Positions 41,150 through 52,800 of a DNA stretch of 64,000 bases are shown piece by piece. Below the pieces are notes generated by a model. That model saw only the letters and a list, made by a program, of their open reading frames with translations, ran no database searches and was not told the DNA's origin. Every line of letters starts with the position of its first letter. Positions within the stretch are counted from its first letter, which is position 1. The position numbers and the translations under genes are program-made. Source of the DNA: Barthelona sp. PCE (Eukaryota); contig JAUFOR010000004.1 of NCBI GenBank assembly GCA_040285745.1, positions 620,001-684,000 on the forward strand, read 5' to 3'.

Positions 41150-42172
41150 TTCAATAACACTGTAAGGATGCACAAATGCTGGTAGTTTCTGTACAGTAGC
41201 TAAAAACTGCTGTTAGATTGAATATGGTGTTGATATTAACAAACTCTCTTTACTTGTGGTGAAAACATTTCCAACTTTTTTTCTTTGTGCTTACACTGTA
41301 AGAACAAAAAAGTGTAGTTCGGCAACATGAGATCAATTTTCCATCATAGATCATACTTCGTAGACTGTGTAAATCCTTAAACAAAATTTTTTATGAAAAA
41401 ATGATGCGGAATGCTAAAATCAATGCGTCATCTCAACAAACATAGCCCCGGTGCAAAATACTCCAACCTACAATAGTAAATGTTAAATGGCAAAAACGTA
41501 AAAGGGAGGAAAAAACTCAAATGAGTTTACCGCGAGTTTTATTTTTGCAAATGGTAATGATAGAGGTCAAACGGATTTTCAACATATACTCGAATCGAAT
41601 ATGGTGTGCAATTATTGTCAAAACACATGAAGATAAAATACTATTCAATTGTTCAAGTAATAGTAAAATTGGATCCTCCAAACATGAAAGTGAAAAGCTA
41701 TGATACCCCATCAAATTCTTTAAACCCACTTTCATCATCACTTTCAACCAGTAAAGAATGTTGTATTGATCATCGGGTTCAGATTTTATATTATCAAACA
41801 AATTACTTGATGTTCGCTTCCTGGGTTACAAAAAAGTTGAGATCATCAGCTATTATATGGAAATCACGGGAATCCACATAAATCAAACCCATTTGACTTT
41901 GCTTGCTGGTATACTTGCCAAATGGAGTAACTGCTGATCTTGGTAAAAAACCATCACGATTGCCAGGTTCCATGGTTGCAATATGGTTTTTGAATAATTT
42001 TAAAAGCACTTTTGTGCAATTCATCTTCCTTTCTTCAATTTCGTCAACAACATTATTCATAATTCTTTAACAAAGCTTCTTCATGCGTAACTTTATCGTA
42101 CTTTTTCTTGTGCTTCAAGATTTCTTCTAAATCTTCATTAACATGTTCAATGAACTGAATTTTCGCTGACAT
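41150..42172 (-). pseudogene. Putative decayed gene of unknown family
   Basis: Protein-like segments from ATG 42172 continue only through frame changes (near 42060 and 41802) and stops; no consensus introns bridge them. Confidence 0.4.
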
Positions 42173-42416
42173 GTTGATCTACTGAGATTTAAATGTGCAT
42201 ATAAAGAAAAGCTGGTATATTTAACGTGAGAATTTGGAAATCTTTGCCTGAAAAACGAAAGAAACAATTTTACACGCTTTAGCAGCAGACTTAATAAATA
42301 TCAAACCTACCCGTACATTTTGGTGACTAGCATATTCAGCATGTGTTGTCATTTTAAGAAAGAGAGCATTTGTGCATCCTTAAACACTGTTTTATTTTTT
42401 GTAACTCTTTCAAACA

Positions 42417-42758
42417 ATGAATCCACAAAATTCAAACACAAACGCGGGAGCCAACGATAATGGCGAGCGAAAACAACGAATGAGGTCAGCAATTATGGGA
42501 GCACTTGTTGAAACAGGAGAAACCTCAAATTTAAGGGATTTAACACGTAGTTGGCTGGTTGAAGAAGGTTGGCACAACAAACTGAAGGAGCATTGTCTGT
42601 ATATAATCAACCAGAAGGGTGTTGAAAACATTGGCGTAGATGAACTCATTCAAGAAGTATCTCCAATGGCTCGAGAAATGGTACCAGACCGTCTGAGAGA
42701 TCAACTAGTACAGAATGTGAGAGAATTCTTAGAGAAAAACCAGAATTTAATGCAGTAA
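42417..42758 (+). CDS. ENY2: Transcription/mRNA export factor ENY2/Sus1
   Basis: LVETGE..L...LVEEGW...LKEHC...GVENI.VDELIQEVSPMAREMVPD. Confidence 0.92.
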   Translation: MNPQNSNTNAGANDNGERKQRMRSAIMGALVETGETSNLRDLTRSWLVEEGWHNKLKEHCLYIINQKGVENIGVDELIQEVSPMAREMVPDRLRDQLVQNVREFLEKNQNLMQ

Positions 42759-42803
42759 TCCAAATTAAAAGAAAATAGTTTAATTTTACACAAATAAACA
42801 CAA

Positions 42804-44673
42804 CTAAAGTTTCCAGACAATGACAGCTCCATCATTACCACCAGAAACAATGTATTTACCATTAGGTGTGAAACGTACAACGTTAATACCTTCTGAATGG
42901 GCAGAACCAACATATTTAATGTCAGCACTATCGTAATCAATGACATAAACGTTACTATCTGTTCCACCAAAGACAAAATCTTCTTCAGTGTGATCAAAAT
43001 GCAACGAGGTCAAAGCGGTTGGTACCTTGAGCTCTCTAATAATAGATCCGTTGTAAGCATCATAATATATCAGTCTCTGATCGCTTGTTCCACAAACAAT
43101 ATGACCCTCTGTAGCACCGTAAGAAACAGTCTCAAAGAAAGTTGATTCTAACATAGTGATGCGACGAGACAATCTGGTCATATCCCAGACAACACAAGAT
43201 CCATCTGCAGAAGTTGAGACGGCCTCCAATTCATCAGAACGAAGTGTGAGATCGGTGATTCTTCCTGAATGTTCCTTTAATTCAGCAACAAAAGTTTGTA
43301 CATGACGAGATACTCTCCAAACACGAACAGAACCCTTTGAACCGCCTGAAAGCAACAAATCACCTGAATTAAATCCTGCGCATACTGCAGTGACTTCCTC
43401 ATGGGCATCATTGATTGTCCAAAGAAGTTTACCACTCTTGGGACCGAACGCACGAATCTTTCCATCAGACCAGCCGGAGATGATTGCGGAACTGTCACAT
43501 GTGAACGTGAGACAGAGACAACGCTCATTAGGTACCATGATACGAATCAATTCTGCACCAGTATGTAAGTTGCACAACCTGATCTGTTCAGCACATGAGG
43601 TAGCAAAGATATCACTAAAACCAGGAGCGAAAGCAATTCCACTGATAGCAGTAGTGTTGGAAGTTAATGTGAGCTCAGGCTCAAATTCCATTCTTGTCGT
43701 TGCGTATTGAACAGGAAGGGTGTAGATGTTACCAATCGATGTACCGACAATGATCTTGTTGCCTAACTGCAAAATATTATGGACTCCACCATATACATTC
43801 AGTGTCTTTGATGCAATACGCTTGTTTGTTTGCATATTAACTACTGATATTTCACCTGCGCCTGATCCGATAACGAGCTTACCATCAATGTGATGAATGG
43901 AAGTAATACCCTTGGCAAGTTTCGCCTTTTGAATTGCAGTTGAAGATAGTACCTTTGTCTCAACGTTGACTTTGAAAAGATCACCTGTTCTTGTACCAAG
44001 GTAAAGATAACGATCAGCTGCGTCGAGATAACAACATAAGTAGTCACGGACGTTGCTGCCCAATTGAACAGCCTCACCACGAAGCTTATGGTTGTTCTTA
44101 TCGAATGACCAGTGAATAATACGTTTGTTACCATATGTAAGGAACTTGTGACAGTCTTCATTGAAGAATGTAATACCGCGCATGAGTTCACCACCAACAG
44201 AATTACCAGCAATAGCTTGATAAGTGTTTAGATCCCAAACAGCACAATATAAGTCGTCTCTACCGCCAACTGTTGCGATAAACTCATCGTTGTGGCTGAA
44301 TGCGATGCTCTTAACATCACCCTTGTGCAAAGAAAGACGAGTAATCTCGGTTCCAGTTTCGAAATCCCAAATGATAACATCCGCGGTGAATCCAATGTGT
44401 GTCTTCTGGCCACTCGCAATGAGAGTACCTGTCTTTGACAAAGCCATACATGAAATTTCGTTATCATGACCCTTTAGCATTTTGATTTCATTTGTGATGG
44501 TGTTCTTGATGATGATGTTAGCTCCCACGGGATAAATGAGGTGTGTCTGATCCGGGTGAGCAATGGTTGACTTCGGAACGTATCCTAGGTGTAAGTAAAT
44601 TGAATCATCGCGTTTATGCAAAGAATTTCATACCGCTGTACCCAATTAAGTGCTTGATTGCAATAGGTTCCAT
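42804..44673 (-). CDS. CFAP52: Cilia- and flagella-associated WD40 protein; exons 44673-44634 and 44584-42804
   Basis: Spliced N-terminus MEPIAIKHLIGYSGYVPK..HPD, SGQKTHIGFTAD, SGWSDGKIRAFGPKSG. Confidence 0.93.
44585..44633 (-). other. Spliceosomal intron, 49 nt
   Basis: GTATGA...CTTACACCTAG; removal restores the conserved N-terminus. Confidence 0.88.
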
Positions 44674-44775
44674 TATAATACAGGCAAGACAACTACAGAA
44701 TATGTTGTAAGGAGGAGAAAACTATTTAACGAACGCTTTTCATCTTTCATCCTCTTTCAAACGCATCATCGCATC

Positions 44776-45699
44776 ATGTTGTTCCGAAACTCACAGTTCA
44801 ACCAAACAGTTCAAGAAAACATAGTTAGAGGAGATGCCAAGCTATTTGTCACCAACAGTGATGAACCAGACAGGATAAGGGGATATTTCGCAATCAACTC
44901 CGATGTGTATGGATTTACAGTTACAGTATCCGAGAAAATCTTTGAATTCACCAAGAAATTTACTTTTGGCGATTCTACACGAGTTATTGGTGCCAAATCG
45001 TTTTTATCTGGGCGAATTGCTTTTGTTGATGAGCACAAACACGTTATTTTGATCCGCAACGGTGTCATAACCGAGGTTACTGAACCTGAAGTTTCTACTT
45101 ATGATGTACACTTGTCAGTTTCTCAAAGGGGGACAATAGCTTTATTGGACCGCACAAACCGTACTTTAAGGATCATCAGCAGAGAAAGAGACACCGTACT
45201 TAGCTTGCCTAATGAAGTTTTCGTGTGTAGTTTTCATTTGGAAGATGCCTTCGTGATAGGCCGCGGGTTTTGTTGGTTTAAAAACGCATTCCATTCTCAT
45301 AACGTACAAGATGTTTTTTATTCGGTTTATAACGTTTCAGCCGAATGTCACCTAGTCGGTTCTTCAAACAATGCAATATATATCTTTACGACGGATAACT
45401 GCGGACTCACAAAGGGATCCAAGCTGCTCAAGTACGACACAGTTCTTGCAGCAGGTCTTTCAGGACATAGTAATACGTTACTTGTCACAGGATCAGTTTC
45501 TGATATCATCGGGTGTAGACTTGATAGGAATAGCACAAATAAGGTTGTGTGTATTGGGGAACAAATTCTTTTAGATAGTTTCGTGATTGGTGTGGATAGA
45601 TGTCATGATTATTTTATTGTTTTAACTCAAAAGAACTCGGTATATATAATCTCTGAATCTGAACTTCCTTCAATAGTACCTGGTAGTAGAAGACGTTAA
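44776..45699 (+). CDS. Hypothetical beta-rich (propeller-like) protein
   Basis: Long ORF of beta-strand-like segments. ATG 44776 avoids overlap with CFAP52 exon 1. Confidence 0.6.
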   Translation: MLFRNSQFNQTVQENIVRGDAKLFVTNSDEPDRIRGYFAINSDVYGFTVTVSEKIFEFTKKFTFGDSTRVIGAKSFLSGRIAFVDEHKHVILIRNGVITEVTEPEVSTYDVHLSVSQRGTIALLDRTNRTLRIISRERDTVLSLPNEVFVCSFHLEDAFVIGRGFCWFKNAFHSHNVQDVFYSVYNVSAECHLVGSSNNAIYIFTTDNCGLTKGSKLLKYDTVLAAGLSGHSNTLLVTGSVSDIIGCRLDRNSTNKVVCIGEQILLDSFVIGVDRCHDYFIVLTQKNSVYIISESELPSIVPGSRRR

Positions 45700-45702
45700 C
45701 TA

Positions 45703-48700
45703 TTAAACAGGATTACGACGAGTACTTTCTAAAGGTTGTTCATAAGGTGATGAACTGACGTAAACTTCTGCTTCACGATCTTTCAACGTCTCCAAAGGGA
45801 GAATACGGTTAACTTTATCACGTTTACCGTTCTTTTGTGAAAGAATTCTGTACCTAATTGAAGGACTTTTGAAGCGTTGACGCCATTTAATGTAAACCTC
45901 AGGTAAGATACATAAAATCACACCAAGAAGAATAACAAGTAAAGCTGAGTCATCAGACATCAACTGTGTTGCAAAACCGTGAAGAGAATTATCATTCATA
46001 TACCATATGCTCAAGGGGTACAAAGCATAACTAATAAGGATTGTTAGATGCGCCCATTTGTTGAGAGAGTTGAAATGTAAGTACAGGAAAGGAAGCTGTA
46101 TTGTAGAAATTATTGTAAAAGAGACCATTGGAAGGGTATAGTAATCATAAGGTAATCCTGTCTTTGGGTGAACGTAATCACCACCTAAAAAGAATATAGT
46201 GATGAACATACTAACAACAGCATGATAAAAACCACGAACAACCCACCCTGTAAAAGTTTTTCTGTTAAGATACTTTCCACGACGTGAATCAGTGTAGATG
46301 AGTGGATTCGCCATTGCTACCTCGTTCGGTACGTCCTCATCAATTGTATAAGCAACTGGTTGACAAGCTGTAAAGAACATATTGTGGGCTGTCAGAGAAA
46401 AAGAGTTAAAGAAAGAACTGCCTGAAAAGTGAGAGTAGACTGAGTACATGAGCTGTTGGAAAGCAATAGCCAGTGACTTGTAGAAGCAATACTGTGCAAT
46501 AAACGAAATTCTGCGATAGTTCTGACGACCGTGAACAACCATCAATTTTTTCAAATATCTGAACTGTGCAATAGCGTAATCAGCAGAACGTGCAGCCTGG
46601 AGCGACTCACGACCAACGATACCAACACCGATCTTGGCAGCTTGTATCATTTGACAATCGTTTCCACCATCACCAATTGCTAAAGTAACTTTCTTCAGCT
46701 CTTTGTGCACCATTTCAACCAACTGAGCCTTGTGACGCGGCCACAATCGGCATCCGATCACAGTATCTGATTCTGTGGTGAGCGTTAGCAAATCTCTGGG
46801 ACAGAGTTCCAAAAGAGTTGGCACTGTTGAACCGGGAAGCACTGTAATAATTTCACCAACAGTATCATCTGATTTTGCCTCTTTCATCATGACCATAGAC
46901 TTTTTCATGCTCGCCATGATATCCTTGGGATTTGAACCATTGACCTCAATGATGCATGAATTACAGCGTGTATTGATAAGGTTACACGATTTAGCAATTT
47001 GAATAGCTGTTGTTCTGCGATCACCAGTCAGCATCCATACACGAACACCTGCATTACGAAGAAATTTAATAGTGCTAGGCACTTGTGCTTGCAATTTGTC
47101 CTCAATAGCAGAACATCCCAACAAAATCAAATTCTGCTCAATACTAGCATACACACCCTCAATATGCTCCTTACGTTTGCTCATAGCACAACTAGCGGCT
47201 TGATAGTTTGCCATAAATGTCGAAAATTCAGCTTGCGATATGGGTTTCCAAGCAAAAGCCAGAGTTCGAAGACCTTGTTCGGAGAAACGTTCAACAGCCT
47301 CACTGACCTGACCCTTAACAATGTCGTTAGTCTGCATTAAGTTGAATAACACCTCGTCAGCTCCCTTTGTAAAGAGATAGAACGAGTTAGTGTTGAGATC
47401 CTCGGCAAGTACAGACATTCGCTTACGAGCACTTGAAAACTTCAAAACACAGTGGACACGCCAGTTACGAACAACGCCAGCTGTATCGACAAGTGCAACG
47501 CTTTTTTCTTCCCTTTCAAAAAGTGAAAGACCAAACATTTGAGCAGCACGTACAATTGCAACCTCATCAGGAGATGTACCCTGGTAATAGATCTTATTGG
47601 AGCACTTGACTGGATCGATTGTGTTACAGAGAGCCATGGTATGGAAGAAAGTATTGATTTTATCACCTTCATGAAGTGACTCTTGTAACTTATTCTGCAC
47701 TAATTGCTTATTATTAGAATCAAAAATTTGACCATCAATGAAACAACTCTTGAAAAGCATAATATTCTCAGTCAGAGTACCTGTCTTATCGCTAAAGATA
47801 TATTCGATACGACCAAGATCGTCTGCTAATTGTAAAGATTTGGCTTGAGCGGGAATCTTCCTGTTGTGATCGTACAAATCAAGATCCCAATCAATAAATT
47901 TACCCATGATTGCTTTAACGAAATCTAAAGTAAATTTCATTGAAATTGGAATCATAAGAGTGCATAATAAGAAGAAACGTAAAATATAAATTGTGAATTG
48001 TGGTAAGGGTGAGATTGAATAACCCATTCTTAGGTACCACACATCCTCACTTGCAGCAAAAACCTGACCCATGAAACCCAAACCAATCACAAACAAAAAC
48101 TGTGACAACCAGATGAAGAGGGTCTGTCTGTTGATGATGATATCAGATGAGGTCCACTTTGTTGGGGCCTTGAACTTGTTCATATTCACCTTTGTATGTT
48201 TTCCAGTGTATACAACAACACCATACATATACTGGATATTCTTGATGACCACACCCTGCATAACTAACTGTTCCCCTCCTATGGGAACAGGGGCACTGCC
48301 AGGGAGGGTCATGACAGAGTCAAACTGCCCCAGAATAGCGTTTGGCACTGGACAACGCAAATGCATTTTCAAATTTTGAATCTGCTCGTCAGTCATATTT
48401 TGTGTTTCAGTAGGAGCATTTAGCAGCTTGTTATCTGTTTCACCATCAATGTTGGCTGTCATAACGTATGCAGCACCCTGTTTATGAGTTGAACGGAGTA
48501 ACATAATATCTGCTGGAGCGTGCTCATTCTTTTTAAGCCTGATGATCTGACCAACTCTTAACGTTTTTGACTGGACAGTCGTGAGTTTACCATCAACAAC
48601 GGCCTCATACTCCCGTTCATTTGTGTGATTATCTGATCTTTTCCTTGCAAAGTCGTCAAATAGTTCTTTAATTCCTGCAAAGGCTAGAACCATAAGAAGT

Positions 48701-48969
48701 GGAGCCACAGTTGTGATCCAATGGACTGATGCAATTGTTGAGCCAAAAATTTGTAAAAGAGAAACGATGGTAAAATAAACATTCATAAGCTGCGAGTATT
48801 GTTCCATGAGGAAGCGAAATGGAAATGTATACCATCTATATTTAGTAGAACGAACATAGTTGTCAATAAAACTCGAATTGGTTCTTGCGTCGTTCGATCG
48901 TATTTCCCGTACGCGTGAAGAGCCAAAAACGGCACTTGAACTTCGAACTGCCCTTCCAGATTGTGGCAT
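45703..48969 (-). CDS. P4-type ATPase (phospholipid flippase)
   Basis: IDGET, IPISM, FSDKTGTLT, SPDE, WMLTGD, IGDGGND, FYKS. Confidence 0.97.
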   Translation of the reverse strand: MPQSGRAVRSSSAVFGSSRVREIRSNDARTNSSFIDNYVRSTKYRWYTFPFRFLMEQYSQLMNVYFTIVSLLQIFGSTIASVHWITTVAPLLMVLAFAGIKELFDDFARKRSDNHTNEREYEAVVDGKLTTVQSKTLRVGQIIRLKKNEHAPADIMLLRSTHKQGAAYVMTANIDGETDNKLLNAPTETQNMTDEQIQNLKMHLRCPVPNAILGQFDSVMTLPGSAPVPIGGEQLVMQGVVIKNIQYMYGVVVYTGKHTKVNMNKFKAPTKWTSSDIIINRQTLFIWLSQFLFVIGLGFMGQVFAASEDVWYLRMGYSISPLPQFTIYILRFFLLCTLMIPISMKFTLDFVKAIMGKFIDWDLDLYDHNRKIPAQAKSLQLADDLGRIEYIFSDKTGTLTENIMLFKSCFIDGQIFDSNNKQLVQNKLQESLHEGDKINTFFHTMALCNTIDPVKCSNKIYYQGTSPDEVAIVRAAQMFGLSLFEREEKSVALVDTAGVVRNWRVHCVLKFSSARKRMSVLAEDLNTNSFYLFTKGADEVLFNLMQTNDIVKGQVSEAVERFSEQGLRTLAFAWKPISQAEFSTFMANYQAASCAMSKRKEHIEGVYASIEQNLILLGCSAIEDKLQAQVPSTIKFLRNAGVRVWMLTGDRRTTAIQIAKSCNLINTRCNSCIIEVNGSNPKDIMASMKKSMVMMKEAKSDDTVGEIITVLPGSTVPTLLELCPRDLLTLTTESDTVIGCRLWPRHKAQLVEMVHKELKKVTLAIGDGGNDCQMIQAAKIGVGIVGRESLQAARSADYAIAQFRYLKKLMVVHGRQNYRRISFIAQYCFYKSLAIAFQQLMYSVYSHFSGSSFFNSFSLTAHNMFFTACQPVAYTIDEDVPNEVAMANPLIYTDSRRGKYLNRKTFTGWVVRGFYHAVVSMFITIFFLGGDYVHPKTGLPYDYYTLPMVSFTIISTIQLPFLYLHFNSLNKWAHLTILISYALYPLSIWYMNDNSLHGFATQLMSDDSALLVILLGVILCILPEVYIKWRQRFKSPSIRYRILSQKNGKRDKVNRILPLETLKDREAEVYVSSSPYEQPLESTRRNPV

Positions 48970-49820
48970 TCGATAAAGGAGGTGTAGATAAGAATTACAA
49001 AATCGAGTTTAAGCTTATACAAAATATGATACTTGAATATGATATACACTATATTTACATCCCCGAAGTGTGTGTACAAATAAAGTAAACACATCAAGAA
49101 CAGAGGATCACTTTTTCGATACTCTATTCATATTATTATGTCAATTTTGTTGAAATCGTTGTTAAAATGCGATATACATCCCTAATCTTAACCAGTATTC
49201 TCTAATTAATGTTTTTGTAGGAAGTTATGAAAAATCATGACTTTGAAGTTGTACTGTGGAACATAAATCAATTTATAGTGTAAAACTTTGGTGTACTTTA
49301 TACATTTTGTGACCTGTGAATAGATTTCAAAACATACTGTTACAATCCATTTTTTCATCATATACACATTTTTTTTAATTTTTGCAACTGTTTTCTTTAT
49401 TTTTAGATGGTATTATACAATGCGCATGTATATATAGTGCTTTAAAAGGAAGTATCCATATTTTTTCAAACATGTTAATTTTAAGGGCTATATTTAGTTG
49501 CAGTGATGAGCGTACATGTAGGGCTGTTGTTTTATATGTTTGGAGTTGCAAAAGAGAATTTTTTTTTGAGAGGAACATAATTCTATTTCATATTCGTGTT
49601 TTTGATAGTGTAAACGATGTAAAATCGAATGAATCATCAGTTAAGCAGCAGCCTTTTTCAAGATTTGATAGGCATTAGTAAATTTGTTTTTTCACCCAAA
49701 TTCAAAGGTTGGGACATTGTAAACATTACCAAAGAGCCTCATGTGCACCAAACAGCCCATTCCACCAACGTAGATATTTCAGCTAAAATTGGAAATCGAA
49801 TTCTCTTTTCTTTCTTTTAT

Positions 49821-52800
49821 ATGATGCTAAAGAATTTAATTCTCATTTCGCTTCTTCTTTTTGCAACAGTTACTGCTGTTGGAAACATTGGAAATGAAAT
49901 TGATATTCCTGACGTAGATATTCCTGACGTAGACTATGAAGATGAACATCATATCGTTCTTCCTGTTGGTCCTGGTATCGTCATGCCAAATATTTCCGAC
50001 TTTGATCACATCAAGATGCCTGATGCAGATATGCTAAAGAATATTACTGATTCTTTGTTCTCTCTCTTGATTCCCGGTCAGTTTAACTTTATTCAGGTCG
50101 CTGTAACCATTGAACCTGCTTTTGTTGAAGAAGTCAGTGCTGCCCTTGGTGAGTATGGCTCTATGGCCTACTATCTTGGAAAGCAACGCTTCCTTATTGA
50201 TGTCCCACAAATGCTTATGCCTTTGCTTGATACTCTCCCCATTGTTGATTTTGAGCCTTTAGATCCCAATGAGAAGATTTCTAATCTTTTAGCTAGCAAC
50301 GGTGAGTCTGACATCACAAAGCTTTCTGTTTTGGTTTCCCGTACCGCTGGTGCTAAGAAGCTTGCCGAATATTACGGTACTCTTATCAGCAACCCTAGCG
50401 TCAAGTTTACTGCCATTTCTCAGATGCAAATGATCGTCACCTTCCCTAAGGACATTTCTGAATCTGTCATTTCTTTCCTTTCTAAGCAGGCTGGTACTGT
50501 TTTCATTCAGCCAGCTGTGGAGATTGAGAAGAAAAACATGAAATCTTTTGAAGCAATTGTTGGTACTCAGACTCCTAATATGTTTGGTCTTGAGGGCTAC
50601 GACGGTTCAACTGAGATCATTGGTGTTTCTGACAATGGTCTTGATACTGATCACGAGTTCTTTGCTGATGCTTCCCGCCCCGTTCCTTTCGATACCATTG
50701 ATTCTAATCACAGAAAGATCATTGCTTACTTCACTGAGTTCGGTTCAAACACTTCCATGGCTCACGGTACTCACGTTTGTGGTACTGTTGCTGGTATTAG
50801 CGATAATTCCACTGATGAAATCAACAAGTTCCACGGTATGGCTCCTGGTGCAAAGATTGCCTTTGCCTCAGTTGCTGCACCCGATGGTAAGTTCACCGAT
50901 TTCTCAGTGTATGACGTCTCCCAGAGACTCTATGATGCTGGTGCCCGTATTCACTCCATGTCCTGGGGTGGACACTTCGGTGGTGTCGTTGGTATTGGCG
51001 CTTATTCTAACAATGATTATGAAGCTGATCTTTTCGCTTACGAACACCCTGAAATGGTTATGGTTGCCGCTGCTGGTAACGATGGTCACAATCAAAAATC
51101 CACAACTGGTTCACCCGCCAATGCCATTAACGTTTTGGCTGTTGGTGCTACTGTTGGTCCCCAAGAATCATGGGATGCCTTCTTTGTTGATTCTCCTTGT
51201 CAATTTGACCGTGAGAAGACTATTGAAGCTTCCTGTGATGCAATCTCTTTCTTAACTGCTGAGCTTAATCAGAACCCCATCTGTCATCAGCTTCCTACTA
51301 CTCTCATGGGTATTTACGGTACTCACGAGTCCACTTCCTGTAAGGAAGATCTCACCGCTTACTGTGGTTATCTAACTAACTATGCTGGTTCTGGTGAGGA
51401 TCTTTACAACGATCTCTGTTCTGCCAATGATTACTATTGCTCTCAATGCCCTTCATATGGTTACAAACACCAAGGTGATGAGTACAATGCTGCAGTCTTC
51501 AGCTCAACTGGTCCCACTCTCGATGGCCGTCTTAAGCCCGAGATTAGTGCTCACGGTATGCTTCGTTCTGCTCGTTGTGGTGCTGCATGCGGTGACATTA
51601 GCGAAGACAAACTTGTCTATATGCCTGGTACTTCCATGGCTACACCTGCCGTTTCTGGTACTATTGCTCTTGTTCGTCAATACATGAAAGAGAAGATGAG
51701 CATTGCCAACCCCAAGGCACGTGATGTCAAGGCAATTCTCATGTCACTCACTCGTCCTATCTGGACTAATCAATTCGATAAAGGCATGGATACCGGTTAT
51801 GGTGAGGTCCAAGTTGCTGGTCTCAACCGCACTATGCCTCTCTTGAAGGAGATTGTTCTCGCTAACGAGGGTGATTATCATCCCGTCTGTGTCCGTGCCA
51901 AGTTGGTCAACAGCTCTATGGGTGGCAGTCAAGAAGCAAACTTTGCAATTTCTATTGTCTACACCAACCCTCCTCGCGTCCCTCTTGATCCTATGTACGA
52001 CGGTCACATTGTTGACATGTCTTACTTTGGAGACAACCTCGCCTGGGAGACATCTCACACCAAGTATGATAAGGATGTTCATCTTTCACCTATCAAGCAC
52101 TTCCAAGAAAATACATATCTGGATGAGTACAACAGTGAGCAGGTTTACTGTTTCACTGTCAACGCTACTCGTCTTATCTCATCTAACCTTGCTGTCTCTG
52201 TCGCTGCCGCCATTACCGTCGAGCCTCAGTACGATGCTATCTTTGAACTCGAGTGGGTTTCACCCGAGCAGCTGAAGTGTCCCAACAACTGTTCCAACCA
52301 TGGTTATTGTAACCAGGGTGTTTGCATGTGCGATGATGAGCACACTGCCAACGATTGTTCCATAGTGAAGGATGCACAGTATTACTGTATGGAAAGCTGT
52401 CTCAACGGTGAGTGTATTGAAACAACCAAGGTCGCTAACGTTTCTGAGTGGATTTGTAAGTGTTACGAACCTTACCAGTACAAGTATGAGTACTGGGGTG
52501 ACTTCTGTCAATTTGATCGATATGGTGTTTATCCCAACGGTGAAAACAACTACGGTCTCAGAGAGTTTGTTATCAATGGTACTACCCTCAATGACACTCA
52601 AGGTATGCAGTTTGCTGTCGATGGTAAGCCCATGATCAGCCGTGGTATTGTTATGCCATTGTCTGAGTACTGGAACGTATCTGCTAAGATTCAAGAACTC
52701 GCTGGCGCCATTGCTAGTGAAGTTCCTCACCTTCTTCAGTCCCTTCTCCAGGGTCAAAACACTTCCATCCTTGCTATTCAGAGCTATGTTGATCGCATCC

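Noticed and set aside
49629-49820. N-terminal extensions in the ORF track (also at 38, 1633, 28967, 33674, 39727, 44650, 60443)
   Set aside because: They are AT-rich UTR-like sequence or non-ATG starts. Downstream ATGs give signal peptides or conserved N-termini.
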